Virus record (IMG/VR): IMGVR_UViG_3300024306_000016
From: an uncultured virus (IMG/VR IMGVR_UViG_3300024306_000016)
Taxonomy: Duplodnaviria; Heunggongvirae; Uroviricota; Caudoviricetes
DNA: 64,000 nucleotides
Direction: 5' to 3' (one strand)
Shown: positions 1 to 9,135 of the stretch, in pieces
How the letters are laid out: each line of letters starts with the position of its first letter
Position numbering within the stretch: position 1 is the first letter of the stretch
Notes under the pieces: generated by a model
Told to the model about the DNA's origin: nothing
The model's database searches: none
Seen by the model: only the letters and a program-made list of their open reading frames with translations
Program-made: the position numbers and the translations under genes

Positions 1-101
1 AGTATCTTGGCAAACTCTTTTTTACGGAGTTTGGAAATCGCTTCTTCATCGTGTGAAAGACAAGCCTGATACAGTTTCTGAAGCAGTTTTTTCTGTTTCA
101 T
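1..101 (-). CDS. hypothetical protein (partial, runs off window start)
   Basis: Manual translation MKQKKLLQKLYQACLSHDEEAISKLRKKEFAKI...; GGAGG SD and TAAATA (122-127) upstream. Confidence 0.7.
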   Translation of the reverse strand, partial: MKQKKLLQKLYQACLSHDEEAISKLRKKEFAKI

Positions 102-124
102 AGCCAGTCCCTCCTGTAGTGTAT

Positions 125-859
125 TTACGCGAATATCTCCAAAGCAGTACCACATTCGGCGCAAAACTTAGCAGTTGCTCGATTCTGCTTGCCGCAGGTT
201 ACACACTTTGGTTTGTGTTTAACCGTGACAGCTTCCTTGACTGCTTCTCCGCCTAGCAGATGGAATACCATACTGTGTTTTACGGTTTCCAAAATACCAA
301 CAGTCGTAGAAACGAACGATTGATCGCTGTGACTACCGGGAACAGTGATACCAACATCATTAAGAACTGCATGGCTGCTGTTCACTGAATAAGCATCGTA
401 GCTAACTGAACAGGTAGTAGACCCCATAGGCCAGATAGTGTTATCACCAGTAGTGCCACGCAACACACTGTTTTGGTAGATGCTAGGTGTGGCCCAAGTG
501 ATAGGAGCCATTTGCTCGAACTGGAACTCGATTCGAACGAGGCCGTCTTCTAGTTTGACTCCTCGATTCTTTTCGATATTGCCTGTGCGTTCGATGAACT
601 TGAAACGATTGCCTTCGCGAAGATTGCCGTTCTTAATCCAACGCTCAAGATCGACTTCTCGACCCGGGTCTATGACCAATCCGCCAGGAACGGCATCGTC
701 GCCATCTATGAAGATATTAGCTACTGCTCGTTTTGTATTGAGATTTTTTACTAGGATGCTATATTCACTGCCAAATGGAATATAGACTGTGTCCCCGAAC
801 TCACGTAGGACTTTGCCGTTTACTTTGATAGCCGCGGCGAGCTTTGATTCATACATCAT
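125..859 (-). CDS. conserved phage protein with C-terminal zinc ribbon
   Basis: C-terminal CxxC-x10-CxxC (CVTC...CAEC); start moved to ATG 859 behind AAGGAG (865-870). Confidence 0.75.
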   Translation of the reverse strand: MMYESKLAAAIKVNGKVLREFGDTVYIPFGSEYSILVKNLNTKRAVANIFIDGDDAVPGGLVIDPGREVDLERWIKNGNLREGNRFKFIERTGNIEKNRGVKLEDGLVRIEFQFEQMAPITWATPSIYQNSVLRGTTGDNTIWPMGSTTCSVSYDAYSVNSSHAVLNDVGITVPGSHSDQSFVSTTVGILETVKHSMVFHLLGGEAVKEAVTVKHKPKCVTCGKQNRATAKFCAECGTALEIFA

Positions 860-874
860 GTTTTCTCCTTTTAC

Positions 875-930
875 GGTACACACTCTAAGTACCTATCATT
901 TAAAGAGTGTTGGTTGTGGGACCTTCCCAC
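875..930 (-). promoter_or_regulatory. 5'-leader hairpin plus H-type pseudoknot next to the SD
   Basis: Minus strand: GTGGGA/TCCCAC hairpin (916-930); stem ACACTCT(910-904)/AGAGTGT(886-880); loop GGTAC(893-889) pairs with GTACC(879-875). Confidence 0.6.
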
Positions 931-935
931 GCATC

Positions 936-943
936 TATTTATA
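936..943 (-). promoter_or_regulatory. T4-like late promoter TATAAATA
   Basis: Exact TATAAATA. Core TAAATA recurs before genes on - at 122, 8713, 10718, 13105, 13562, 13890, 14236, 14679, 15186, 17408, 21141, 23259, 28541, 34823, 35502, 36023, 51703, 53281, 54384, 55491, 60860 and on + at 17493, 30816, 36063, 36812, 48871. Confidence 0.75.
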
Positions 944-1205
944 GATACTGTTCTATAAACGGATCTTCGTTTGGGAAATAGTGTACGTCATACATTATTC
1001 CACCAATGCTATATTCAGCACACCAGCTGTGTTGATTGTTAGTCTCTCTAACTGGCTCTGTTAACTGTAGTAGCAACCAAACGCGATCATGCTCGACACC
1101 TTCTAGCCTACGCTTTGGAGGCCCCATGATCTTGCGGATGAAAGCTTCTGCTTCTTCTTTGGTCTTATGAATTTTAATACCTACTTCCTGGTTGTCCTGG
1201 CTCAT
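939..1205 (-). CDS. hypothetical protein
   Basis: 88 aa ORF in a tightly packed minus-strand run. Confidence 0.65.
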   Translation of the reverse strand: MSQDNQEVGIKIHKTKEEAEAFIRKIMGPPKRRLEGVEHDRVWLLLQLTEPVRETNNQHSWCAEYSIGGIMYDVHYFPNEDPFIEQYL

Positions 1206-1626
1206 TAGAGCCTGTACATTCTAGATTATGATCAGTTGCGTGTGGGCAACGTTTGTTGCCGCAGGTTGGACATACGATCATCACAGTGGCAACGAATGGA
1301 ATGCCTGAGAATGTTTTCTTGTCTTTGTTGCAGTTGAAACAGTAACAGGCAGTTTCATCGTCTTCGATAGCAGGCATAATATCAGGCATAACATATGTTC
1401 GTTCCTGTATATCATCCTGTCCTAACAGCTTGCCAATCTGTTTGGCCATATCTCTCTGATGACTGTTGCTAGTATAAGCATAATCATAATGCAGTTGTAT
1501 AAAAGTAAATGGCTTTGTGTCCGGAGCCATATGCTGCATCTTGATATGGATAGTACCAAAGAAGTCTTTCTCAAACCAAACTTCGGTTGGATAGATGTGT
1601 ACGATTTCAGCAGTTTCGATTTTCAT
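1174..1626 (-). CDS. hypothetical protein with Cys-rich zinc-binding C-terminus
   Basis: CYCFNC...CPTCGNKRCPHATDH; ATG 1626 overlaps the upstream stop. Confidence 0.65.
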   Translation of the reverse strand: MKIETAEIVHIYPTEVWFEKDFFGTIHIKMQHMAPDTKPFTFIQLHYDYAYTSNSHQRDMAKQIGKLLGQDDIQERTYVMPDIMPAIEDDETACYCFNCNKDKKTFSGIPFVATVMIVCPTCGNKRCPHATDHNLECTGSNEPGQPGSRY

Positions 1627-1844
1627 TGATTGTCCACAGCCTGTATAATAAGATGTTGCCATTCAGCAACGTCTGCCATATCGGGACCGAATCGAGCATC
1701 ATAACTCAATCCGACTTCTTGTTCTAACAAAACGAAATCGTTTTCTGTGTTAGTTACTTTTAGAACGCCTCGATATTCATCTGTGCGAGTAACTTCGCAT
1801 TGATAGATATTATCGAGTTTTGATTCCCAAATCGTCTGCGACAT
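1623..1844 (-). CDS. hypothetical protein
   Basis: ORF MSQTIWESKLD..., coupled to neighbours. Confidence 0.65.
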   Translation of the reverse strand: MSQTIWESKLDNIYQCEVTRTDEYRGVLKVTNTENDFVLLEQEVGLSYDARFGPDMADVAEWQHLIIQAVDNQ

Positions 1845-2037
1845 CTTTCTTGTCCTTTTCATTGGCTGGTTCTGGAGGAAGGAAACCTTTCCAACTGTCA
1901 GGGTGGAAGATCTTTACTGGTTTCCAATGTTTGTGCAGTATGTTGTTGACTACTACAATGCCAACAATGATTACCACGATTCCGAGGGTAAAAAGTATGC
2001 TGCCTCCTAAGAAGACAGCCATTGTATTCATATCCAT
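1810..2037 (-). CDS. small membrane protein
   Basis: One hydrophobic segment, residues ~7-31. Confidence 0.6.
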   Translation of the reverse strand: MDMNTMAVFLGGSILFTLGIVVIIVGIVVVNNILHKHWKPVKIFHPDSWKGFLPPEPANEKDKKDVADDLGIKTR

Positions 2038-2040
2038 GCT

Positions 2041-2232
2041 TTACTTTATTTCGATACTACCAGTACCCCAAAGGATAGCGATAGTGGGGAGAGCGATATG
2101 CTCGAAAATCTCGTAGAGAGCCCAAAAAGTTAGAGCCAGTGCCCATAAGGGATGACTTTCAGCCTTTTTGCTCAACCAGAGGAAGAACTGTCCATGCCAA
2201 CGTCCAATCTTGTTAGCAAAATCAATAATCAT
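2041..2232 (-). CDS. small membrane protein
   Basis: 63 aa hydrophobic ORF; ATGA overlap with upstream gene. Confidence 0.6.
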   Translation of the reverse strand: MIIDFANKIGRWHGQFFLWLSKKAESHPLWALALTFWALYEIFEHIALPTIAILWGTGSIEIK

Positions 2233-2642
2233 TTAAACCATCCAATCTTTTCACCGGCATCTTTACGACGTTGCCATTCTTCTTTGTTAGCTGGATATCT
2301 CCAAGCCCAAATAGCCACTAACAACATAGTGATGCCTGTTGCCACAACGGCTTTGACATTCTGGGTGGTAAACCACATTATGATCAAAGAAGACTCCATG
2401 ACCACGACCATTAATATCTTACCGCTTTTAGGAAATATACGCTTTTCTCCCCAGTTTGTCAAGAAGGGACCAAACCATTTGTGATTATACAGCCAGGCAT
2501 GCATCTTTGGGTTGACTTTGGCGAAACAGTAAGCTGAAAATACTAAGAAGATACTAAATGGAATGCCCGGTGTAACAAATCCAATATAGGCCATTCCTAG
2601 GCTGGCGAAACCTAATGCATTCCAAAGTATCTTTTTGATCAT
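2229..2642 (-). CDS. ybaN: YbaN/DUF454 family inner-membrane protein
   Basis: LGMAYIGFVTPGIP...FLVFSAYCFAK...HAWLYNHKWFGPFLTNW matches the DUF454 pattern. Confidence 0.75.
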   Translation of the reverse strand: MIKKILWNALGFASLGMAYIGFVTPGIPFSIFLVFSAYCFAKVNPKMHAWLYNHKWFGPFLTNWGEKRIFPKSGKILMVVVMESSLIIMWFTTQNVKAVVATGITMLLVAIWAWRYPANKEEWQRRKDAGEKIGWFK

Positions 2643-3643
2643 CCTGCTACTACCCTGTTTATGCCAGCTTTTTCAATGATATCTGCGTGTAGTCCAGGAG
2701 TGAACTTGCCGCCGGCTGCTCCATTTAGTGTTGCAAGTTGGCTGGCTTTTCCTTTGCTCTTGCCTACACTGATACCACCATGTGGTAAACCTTCGATCGC
2801 ATAACTGCAATGTATCCAAACAGTCTTACCTGGAAGGTATTCGAGCAATAGTTGATCGAATGGAAGATTTTTACTAAACCAAACAGCTACATCGAAATAT
2901 CCACTGCTGTGCAGACCTCTGAACTGAAAGTCTCCTGCTTGACCAGTACCGTGCTGACCTCCACCGATCTTAGCACCATCTCTAAATGTATTGGTCAGGA
3001 ACGCTTTAGGGAACTGTGCCTTGACAGGCTCGTAGATATTGACCGCGAACGCTGCTAGATTGTTAACTATAGTATGAGGTTTCATACCTGGATAACCATT
3101 TGATAGTTGTTCGATAGTCCTAGGAAAGGTTACATTCTTGATCATTTGACCTAGTGTAGTTCCCTTAGATGTTAGTACAGTATCATAGGTGAACTTGGCA
3201 TCAGGACCAAAGACATTAGCACCATTAGTAGTTCCGGTAGGAATGCTTGGCGGTGCAGAAACTCCAGGACCTGCAGGTGCCGGAGTGGTTGTTATTTGTG
3301 TATGCTCTTCTTTGGTAATACGACCTTCAGCAAGGAATCTATCAGCTTCGGCTTTACCTTCTGTGTTTTCTGTGCTACCTTCTACTTGTTGTACAGCGAT
3401 AGAAACAGTTACAGGACCGACTGCGTTTCTTGTAAAACTTCCTTTGGCTGTAGCAGCATTATAAAGAGCAATAACTTGATTGTTAGCTATAACATCAGCA
3501 CTATCATATACTGGTTCAACACGACCATTAGGCCCAAATCGTAACCCTGTGATAGCCGTATAGGGATGTCCGTGAGCTGGTACTCCTGCAGGATTTTGTG
3601 TAATGCCCGGTTGCGGGCTAGGGCTGATGGTTGGTTCGGTCAT
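2639..3643 (-). CDS. peptidase M15-like (Zn peptidoglycan peptidase) protein, probably virion-associated lysin
   Basis: FR...QHGTGQAGD and WIHCSY Zn-ligand motifs in the C-terminal half; Pro/Gly-rich linker. Confidence 0.65.
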   Translation of the reverse strand: MTEPTISPSPQPGITQNPAGVPAHGHPYTAITGLRFGPNGRVEPVYDSADVIANNQVIALYNAATAKGSFTRNAVGPVTVSIAVQQVEGSTENTEGKAEADRFLAEGRITKEEHTQITTTPAPAGPGVSAPPSIPTGTTNGANVFGPDAKFTYDTVLTSKGTTLGQMIKNVTFPRTIEQLSNGYPGMKPHTIVNNLAAFAVNIYEPVKAQFPKAFLTNTFRDGAKIGGGQHGTGQAGDFQFRGLHSSGYFDVAVWFSKNLPFDQLLLEYLPGKTVWIHCSYAIEGLPHGGISVGKSKGKASQLATLNGAAGGKFTPGLHADIIEKAGINRVVAG

Positions 3644-3933
3644 TAGGCTAACTTAATTCCTGTGGTTTGTTCTGTGTAGGCGTTGGCAAACTCTTTTAGA
3701 GTAGCTTCCATCACTACCACTGTAGCTGTAGAAATCCTTACAGCCTTGTCTGGATCTACGGTAAAAAGATATGGAACCATACCGATGCCTTTGTTAGTGG
3801 CACTTAATACCATAGGTTTTGAGATCTTGTAATAGAGAGGGCCGATCTCGACCAACTTACCTATAACTTCTTCGCCAGAAGTAAGTTTGATAGTTACTAC
3901 CTCTCCTTCGATGACACCTTTATCAATGAGCAT
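3643..3933 (-). CDS. Sm/LSm-like fold phage protein
   Basis: Sm1-like segment VVTIKLTSGEEVIGKL. Confidence 0.5.
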   Translation of the reverse strand: MLIDKGVIEGEVVTIKLTSGEEVIGKLVEIGPLYYKISKPMVLSATNKGIGMVPYLFTVDPDKAVRISTATVVVMEATLKEFANAYTEQTTGIKLA

Positions 3934-4153
3934 TTGTTAGTTTATTCCTTAGTTCTGTGAACCCACCTACATATTCGTTTTCTAAAAATATCTGTGGTAG
4001 AGTTCTCGCTCCTGGTACTGCTTCTAAAAGTTGTTCTTTCGTCCAATCTTTTTGAATGTTTCTTTCTTCGTATTCAATGCCCTTAGCGTTCAATAGATTC
4101 TTGGCCTGATCGCAATAAGGACACCCATTCTTGCTCCATACAATCGCTCGCAT
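3923..4153 (-). CDS. grxC: glutaredoxin
   Basis: CPYC active site, RTLPQIF, GGF; near nrdAB. Confidence 0.9.
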   Translation of the reverse strand: MRAIVWSKNGCPYCDQAKNLLNAKGIEYEERNIQKDWTKEQLLEAVPGARTLPQIFLENEYVGGFTELRNKLTNAH

Positions 4154-4164
4154 AAGTTTTCCTT

Positions 4165-4332
4165 TCAACTTGAATATATTACGTGATTATTTTTATCAAT
4201 AACACGCACCAACAACATGCCCTTGTTCTTATAAGATAGAGCAGAGCTTACGGCTGCTTGTTCAGTGCCATAATGTCCGATCGTGGTCCAACTTTCGTAT
4301 GGTGAGTGTCTTTTAAACTGTGCTTTATACAT
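4165..4332 (-). CDS. hypothetical protein (55 aa, not in ORF track)
   Basis: Manual translation MYKAQFKRHSPYESWTTIGHYGTEQAAVSSALSYKNKGMLLVRVIDKNNHVIYSS; fills the nrdB-grx gap. Confidence 0.65.
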   Translation of the reverse strand: MYKAQFKRHSPYESWTTIGHYGTEQAAVSSALSYKNKGMLLVRVIDKNNHVIYSS

Positions 4333-4336
4333 ATTA

Positions 4337-5437
4337 TTATATAGCTGGTAAACTATCGTAATCTAGTTTATCTGACATAACTCCGATCACGTAGTTTGTG
4401 CTTTCGTTTTCCTGTAGAGCTGTCTGCTTCTTGCTAGTATCACTATGCTTGTTAAACCAAGGAATCGGAGTTGACTTTGGAGCAGGATTCCAATATTTGA
4501 TTCCAATATCTTTTAGAGCACCGACAGCAGTATAATCTACGAAATCTTTTAGAATATTAGCATTAAGTCCAATAACAGGACCCTTCATAAACAGATAGTC
4601 TGCCCAGGCCTTTTCTTCATCAATGACATCTTTGTAGATTTGAATAACCTCGTCGTGACATTCTTGTGCTGCTTTGGCAAATCGAGGATCTTCTTTGACT
4701 ACTTGATTGATCAAGAAGGCTGTCCAACCTTTGTGTAGTAGTTCGTCTTGTAGGATTAGGCTGATGATGTTGCCATTACCGATAAAGATCTTGTTCTCTA
4801 CCATGGCCAATGATGTAGCAAAGCTAACCATAAAGCGGAATGCTTCGAGAGCGTAACTGGCATGTAGTGCTAGATAGATAGCACGGACATGGTCTTCTTC
4901 TTTAACATCGCCGTTGCATTCTACAACACAGTTAATCTGGTGTAACTTGTCATAGTATGCACCAACGCTTGAGGCCATATCTACAATCTGTTTTGTATCG
5001 TGGATAGTGTTGAACACATCCTTAGGCACATTATAGATGTTGCGGATGATATGGCTGTAACTGCGACTATGAATGTTAGTTTCAAAGAATGTCCAGTTGT
5101 AAACTAACGCTTCTAGTTCTGGTAGGCTTACGACCGGAGTAAAGATTTGACTTGGGCCGCGACCTTGCAGACTGTCAAGAGCAGTTTGGCGGAGCAGGTT
5201 ACTAGTGAAGATATGTTTAACTGCATCCGATGCTTCCTTAAAATCATTTGCATCTTTGGCTAGACTAATCTCTTCTGGAACCCAGAAAAAGCCACGTGCT
5301 GTTTTTTCAAAGTCAGCGATCTTGTTATACTTTACTTCTTCGAATCGTTGAATAGTAACTGGGCCTGCCGGATCTAAGAACATCTTACGATGAAGGTAGT
5401 CTGTCTTTGCGTGTAGGTTATATTGTTGTTTGCTCAT
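4337..5437 (-). CDS. nrdB: ribonucleotide reductase class Ia beta subunit
   Basis: FFWVPEEI, LDSLQ, ETNIHSRSY (radical Tyr), LEAFRF, DELLH diiron motifs. Confidence 0.95.
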   Translation of the reverse strand: MSKQQYNLHAKTDYLHRKMFLDPAGPVTIQRFEEVKYNKIADFEKTARGFFWVPEEISLAKDANDFKEASDAVKHIFTSNLLRQTALDSLQGRGPSQIFTPVVSLPELEALVYNWTFFETNIHSRSYSHIIRNIYNVPKDVFNTIHDTKQIVDMASSVGAYYDKLHQINCVVECNGDVKEEDHVRAIYLALHASYALEAFRFMVSFATSLAMVENKIFIGNGNIISLILQDELLHKGWTAFLINQVVKEDPRFAKAAQECHDEVIQIYKDVIDEEKAWADYLFMKGPVIGLNANILKDFVDYTAVGALKDIGIKYWNPAPKSTPIPWFNKHSDTSKKQTALQENESTNYVIGVMSDKLDYDSLPAI

Positions 5438-5814
5438 TGTCTTTTCTTTTTATAATCGTCTATCGCTGATTTGATTGCATCTTCAGCAAGGATGCTACAA
5501 TGGATTTTGACTGGGGGCAATGCGAGTTCTTCAGCAATCGCTGAATTTTTAATAGTTGAGGCTTCGTCCAGCGTCTTGCCTTTAACCCATTCGGTAACAA
5601 GAGAGGAACTTGCAATCGCAGATCCACACCCGTATGTTTTGAACTTCGCATCTTCAATGATCCCTTTGTCGTTGACTTTGATTTGCAGTTTCATTACGTC
5701 ACCACAAGCTGGAGCCCCAACCATGCCAGTGCCAACATTAGGGTCAGACTTATCAAAGCTGCCAACGTTTCTAGGGTTTTCGTAGTGATCAATAACCTTG
5801 TCTGAGTAGGCCAT
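5434..5814 (-). CDS. iscU: Fe-S cluster scaffold IscU
   Basis: YSDKVIDHYENPRNVG, GAPACGDVM, GCGSAIAS, LPPVKIHC. Confidence 0.97.
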   Translation of the reverse strand: MAYSDKVIDHYENPRNVGSFDKSDPNVGTGMVGAPACGDVMKLQIKVNDKGIIEDAKFKTYGCGSAIASSSLVTEWVKGKTLDEASTIKNSAIAEELALPPVKIHCSILAEDAIKSAIDDYKKKRQ

Positions 5815-6346
5815 TTACTTTCTCCCAGTTGACTATTTTCCATTGATTCTCTAAATACTTTTTCTTGTCTGCCTGATAGTCAAGAGCCCAGGCATGCTCC
5901 CACCAATCTACTAAAATCAAAATATCTTTCTTGATCTGATGATTAGTTATAGTTTTTATTTTACCATCTTTAGCCAAATAGATCCAACCACTTCCTTGTA
6001 TACTCATAGCTGTTTTGGTAAACTCTTCTTTGAACTTATCGAAACTAGAATAATGTTCTTCAATAAACTCTAGTACGCGACCGCTTGGTTTATTACTAGA
6101 AGAGTATTCTTGATATTGTTGGAACAGTATGTTGTGCAGGAAAACACCGGCTTCATTAAAGTCAGGATCGCCTTCACCTTTGTTATATCTTTCTGCGTAG
6201 GTTTTGGCTAGTTTACCATAATGATAGTCTATGGTGTTTTCTGATATGCTAGGATCTAGTTTTTTAGCATCGTAAGGAAGCGGCTCTATTTCTAATACAT
6301 GAGCCTTGCCTTCCTGTAATACATTACGAATAAAACTAAATGCCAT
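5789..6346 (-). CDS. sod: Fe/Mn superoxide dismutase
   Basis: LPY...L.PSIS..TIDYHYGK, LHN, GSGW, DWWEHAW: all four metal ligands present. Confidence 0.9.
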   Translation of the reverse strand: MAFSFIRNVLQEGKAHVLEIEPLPYDAKKLDPSISENTIDYHYGKLAKTYAERYNKGEGDPDFNEAGVFLHNILFQQYQEYSSSNKPSGRVLEFIEEHYSSFDKFKEEFTKTAMSIQGSGWIYLAKDGKIKTITNHQIKKDILILVDWWEHAWALDYQADKKKYLENQWKIVNWEKVNGLLRQGY

Positions 6347-8679
6347 TATAACTTACATGCCTCACAGTCTTCTTCTATACTAGTTTCTACTTCTCTTTCA
6401 TTGTGAAATCCGTTATAGTGTACTTCCGGTGTTGCATCAACAACTTTACTTCCTGCCTTATTGATCAGACTATAATAGAATGTCTTCAGTCCCCACATAT
6501 GTGCCTGCATGAGATTCTTAGCGATCAACGTAGTAGGTACTTTACGATCTGGGAAATGAGCAGGGTTGTAGAAAGTATTAGTACTAATACTCTGATCCAC
6601 ATAAGCAGCCAAGACAGCCGCAGTTTTAATATAGTTAACACAGTCAGTCTGATCCCACATTAGTTGGTATTTGTTCTTGAGCTTATTATAATCTGGGACT
6701 ACTTGAGTAAATGATCCAGCCTTGCTTTCTTTGGTCTGAATCAATGTCATTGGTAACTCAATACCGTTGGTACTATTAATAACCACACTACTGCTTTCCA
6801 CAGGAGCAATAGCCATAAGTGTCGAGTTTCTAACACCATGCTGTTTCATATCCTCTCTTAGGCTTTCCCAATCAAGTTCCGGAGTGAAGTCTGCTAGTTC
6901 GTTAACACCCTTAGAACGAAGTTCCCAAGGAAATATTCCTTGTCCATATCTTGTCTTATCACTGTCTAGGCACTTGCCACGCTCTTTGGCCAGTTCAACT
7001 GTAGCTTCAGTTAGATAGTAAGCCTGATGCTCCATCCATGATTTTACTTCCTGTAGTGCATCTTTCTCGCCATACTTAAGGCCGCGCTTGGCGTGCCAGT
7101 AGGCTAGGTTAGTAACACCAATACCCAATGGTTGGATCTCGTCATTGCTTAGTTTGCTCTGTATCGACAAGAAGTCTTGATAGTCAAGGATGTTACACAG
7201 GCTACGCTGTAGAATCCTACAGGCTCTACGCATATCCTCTGGATTTCGGAACGATCCCCAGTTGATAGATCCCAGTGTACATAACGCTATGCGACCACTA
7301 TCGTCGTCGAGTCTCTTAAAAGGACGTGTGGGTAATAGGATCTCACAGCACAAGTTACTCTGATATATCGTGTGATATTCAGGATCAAAGGGTCCTTGAT
7401 TCATTACGTTATCAATGAACACCAAATAGATACGACCCGTGTCTGTGCGTTCTTTCAGTATACCACCCTTGAAAACTTCCTCGGCACTCATGACCTTCTT
7501 GCGTAGGTCTTTGCGCTTTTCATATTTTACATAGAGCTCTTCAAATAGTTTTGTGTCTTTATAGAAGGACTCATAGAGATCAGGAACTTCGTTAGGATCA
7601 AAGAAAGTAATATTTTCTTTGTTCTTAAAACGGCGCCAGAAGAAACTTGATAGGACCACTCCGTAGTCCATGTGTCTAACGCGAGTCTCTTCAGTTCCTT
7701 GATTATTTTTAAGGACGATGAGATCGTCAAACTGATGATGCCAAATAGGATAAAAGACTGTAGCACTAGCATTTCTAATGCCACCTTGTGAACATGAACG
7801 TAAGTCACTGAACCATTTCTTTAAAAAAGGAATCATGCCAGTGTGCATGATCTCTCCACCTCTGATGGGACTACCTAATGGACGTAGTCTACCGATCTCT
7901 AAACCAATGCCTGCACGTTTGCTGGCATACTTGGCCATCATCTCCCCAGAAGCAAATATGCTATCCAGATCGTCGTCACTCCTGATAAGAACACAACTAG
8001 AAAACTGCTTAGTTGGAGTCCCAAGACCAGCCAACACAGGTGTAGCAAGAGTAAACAGACCATCTGAAGCCGCGTTGTAGTACTCTCTGATGTAACGCAT
8101 ACGGGCTGCATTAGGTTCTTCTTTATGGAATACAGTCGCGGCAGCAACCATATAACGAACTTGTGGTGTTTCATATATTTCCTTGGTAGCTCTATTGCGT
8201 ACCAAGTACTTCTCTATCAACTGCTCAATGGCCGCATATGAGTATTCTTCATCTTTAGAATGATCAATCATATCATTCATTTTGTTCCAGTCTTCTTCAC
8301 TATACCATTCAAGAAGCTCCGGAGTGTAAAGACCAACCTTTACATTTCTTTTAACGATTTCATATAAGTGTGGAGGTTCATATTCTCCATAAACATCTTT
8401 TCGTAACATGCTGAGTCTCTGCTTGCCTGCTACGTACTGATAGTTGGTATGGCCAACATCGGGATTGTGTTCGACATCAATAAGATCGATTATCGCTCTT
8501 AGAGTTATTCCATCAATCTCTTCTGTAGTAATACCATCATAAAAGTTAGGCTGTGCTTTGATCTCTATCATTGACTGGCTGACATCTGCGATGCCTTTGC
8601 ACACTTTTGCTACTTGTGCCTGCCACTTTTCTACCGCTAGGGGCTCTTTCGCTCCACTTCTTTTAATAACTGTGATCAT
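6346..8679 (-). CDS. nrdA: ribonucleotide reductase class Ia alpha subunit
   Basis: ATP-cone N-terminus (VIKRSG), SSCVL, SNLCCEI, ALCTL, TFYY, C-terminal CEAC. Confidence 0.97.
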   Translation of the reverse strand: MITVIKRSGAKEPLAVEKWQAQVAKVCKGIADVSQSMIEIKAQPNFYDGITTEEIDGITLRAIIDLIDVEHNPDVGHTNYQYVAGKQRLSMLRKDVYGEYEPPHLYEIVKRNVKVGLYTPELLEWYSEEDWNKMNDMIDHSKDEEYSYAAIEQLIEKYLVRNRATKEIYETPQVRYMVAAATVFHKEEPNAARMRYIREYYNAASDGLFTLATPVLAGLGTPTKQFSSCVLIRSDDDLDSIFASGEMMAKYASKRAGIGLEIGRLRPLGSPIRGGEIMHTGMIPFLKKWFSDLRSCSQGGIRNASATVFYPIWHHQFDDLIVLKNNQGTEETRVRHMDYGVVLSSFFWRRFKNKENITFFDPNEVPDLYESFYKDTKLFEELYVKYEKRKDLRKKVMSAEEVFKGGILKERTDTGRIYLVFIDNVMNQGPFDPEYHTIYQSNLCCEILLPTRPFKRLDDDSGRIALCTLGSINWGSFRNPEDMRRACRILQRSLCNILDYQDFLSIQSKLSNDEIQPLGIGVTNLAYWHAKRGLKYGEKDALQEVKSWMEHQAYYLTEATVELAKERGKCLDSDKTRYGQGIFPWELRSKGVNELADFTPELDWESLREDMKQHGVRNSTLMAIAPVESSSVVINSTNGIELPMTLIQTKESKAGSFTQVVPDYNKLKNKYQLMWDQTDCVNYIKTAAVLAAYVDQSISTNTFYNPAHFPDRKVPTTLIAKNLMQAHMWGLKTFYYSLINKAGSKVVDATPEVHYNGFHNEREVETSIEEDCEACKL

Positions 8680-8718
8680 CTATGTCTCAACTTATAATAA
8701 TGATTAGAAAGATATTTA

Positions 8719-9135
8719 TTACAGAGCGTTTCCAGAGTACAGAAGGCTGATTCTGTAGCCTTCTAGCTTGGTTCTAGGAACGACTTCTGCCCAATCTAAA
8801 TTCAAAACGTGTTCATTATCTACTAAGAGAATGAAGCATGTTTCTTTGCCTGCCTGTGCTGTATGTATCTCGCATTTGGAATCCATAAACCGATGTGTTA
8901 ACTTAAGAGTGTACAGCATTCCTAAGGCGATTGCAAGATAGTCGAGACGATCGTCAAGCACCAAATGCCAAGGATCTGGCCATTTGGAAGGATCATTTGG
9001 ATCGAGATAACGATTAACGAATGGGGCTTTACTCCAAAACTTTGCCAACTCTTCTAAGGGTTTTTGGCTAGTTTCAAGTTCGTCTCTAAATCGTTTCCAT
9101 TCAGCTAATCGTTCAGTGCCTCTGAGATTAAACAC
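8719..9135 (-). CDS. hypothetical phage protein
   Basis: WPDPWHLV motif; probable GTG start at 9135 overlapping upstream stop. Confidence 0.65.
   Translation of the reverse strand: MFNLRGTERLAEWKRFRDELETSQKPLEELAKFWSKAPFVNRYLDPNDPSKWPDPWHLVLDDRLDYLAIALGMLYTLKLTHRFMDSKCEIHTAQAGKETCFILLVDNEHVLNLDWAEVVPRTKLEGYRISLLYSGNAL

Noticed and set aside
4337..8679. Introns or inteins in nrdA/nrdB (also helicase and ligase)
   Set aside because: ORFs are continuous, of normal length and lack intein motifs
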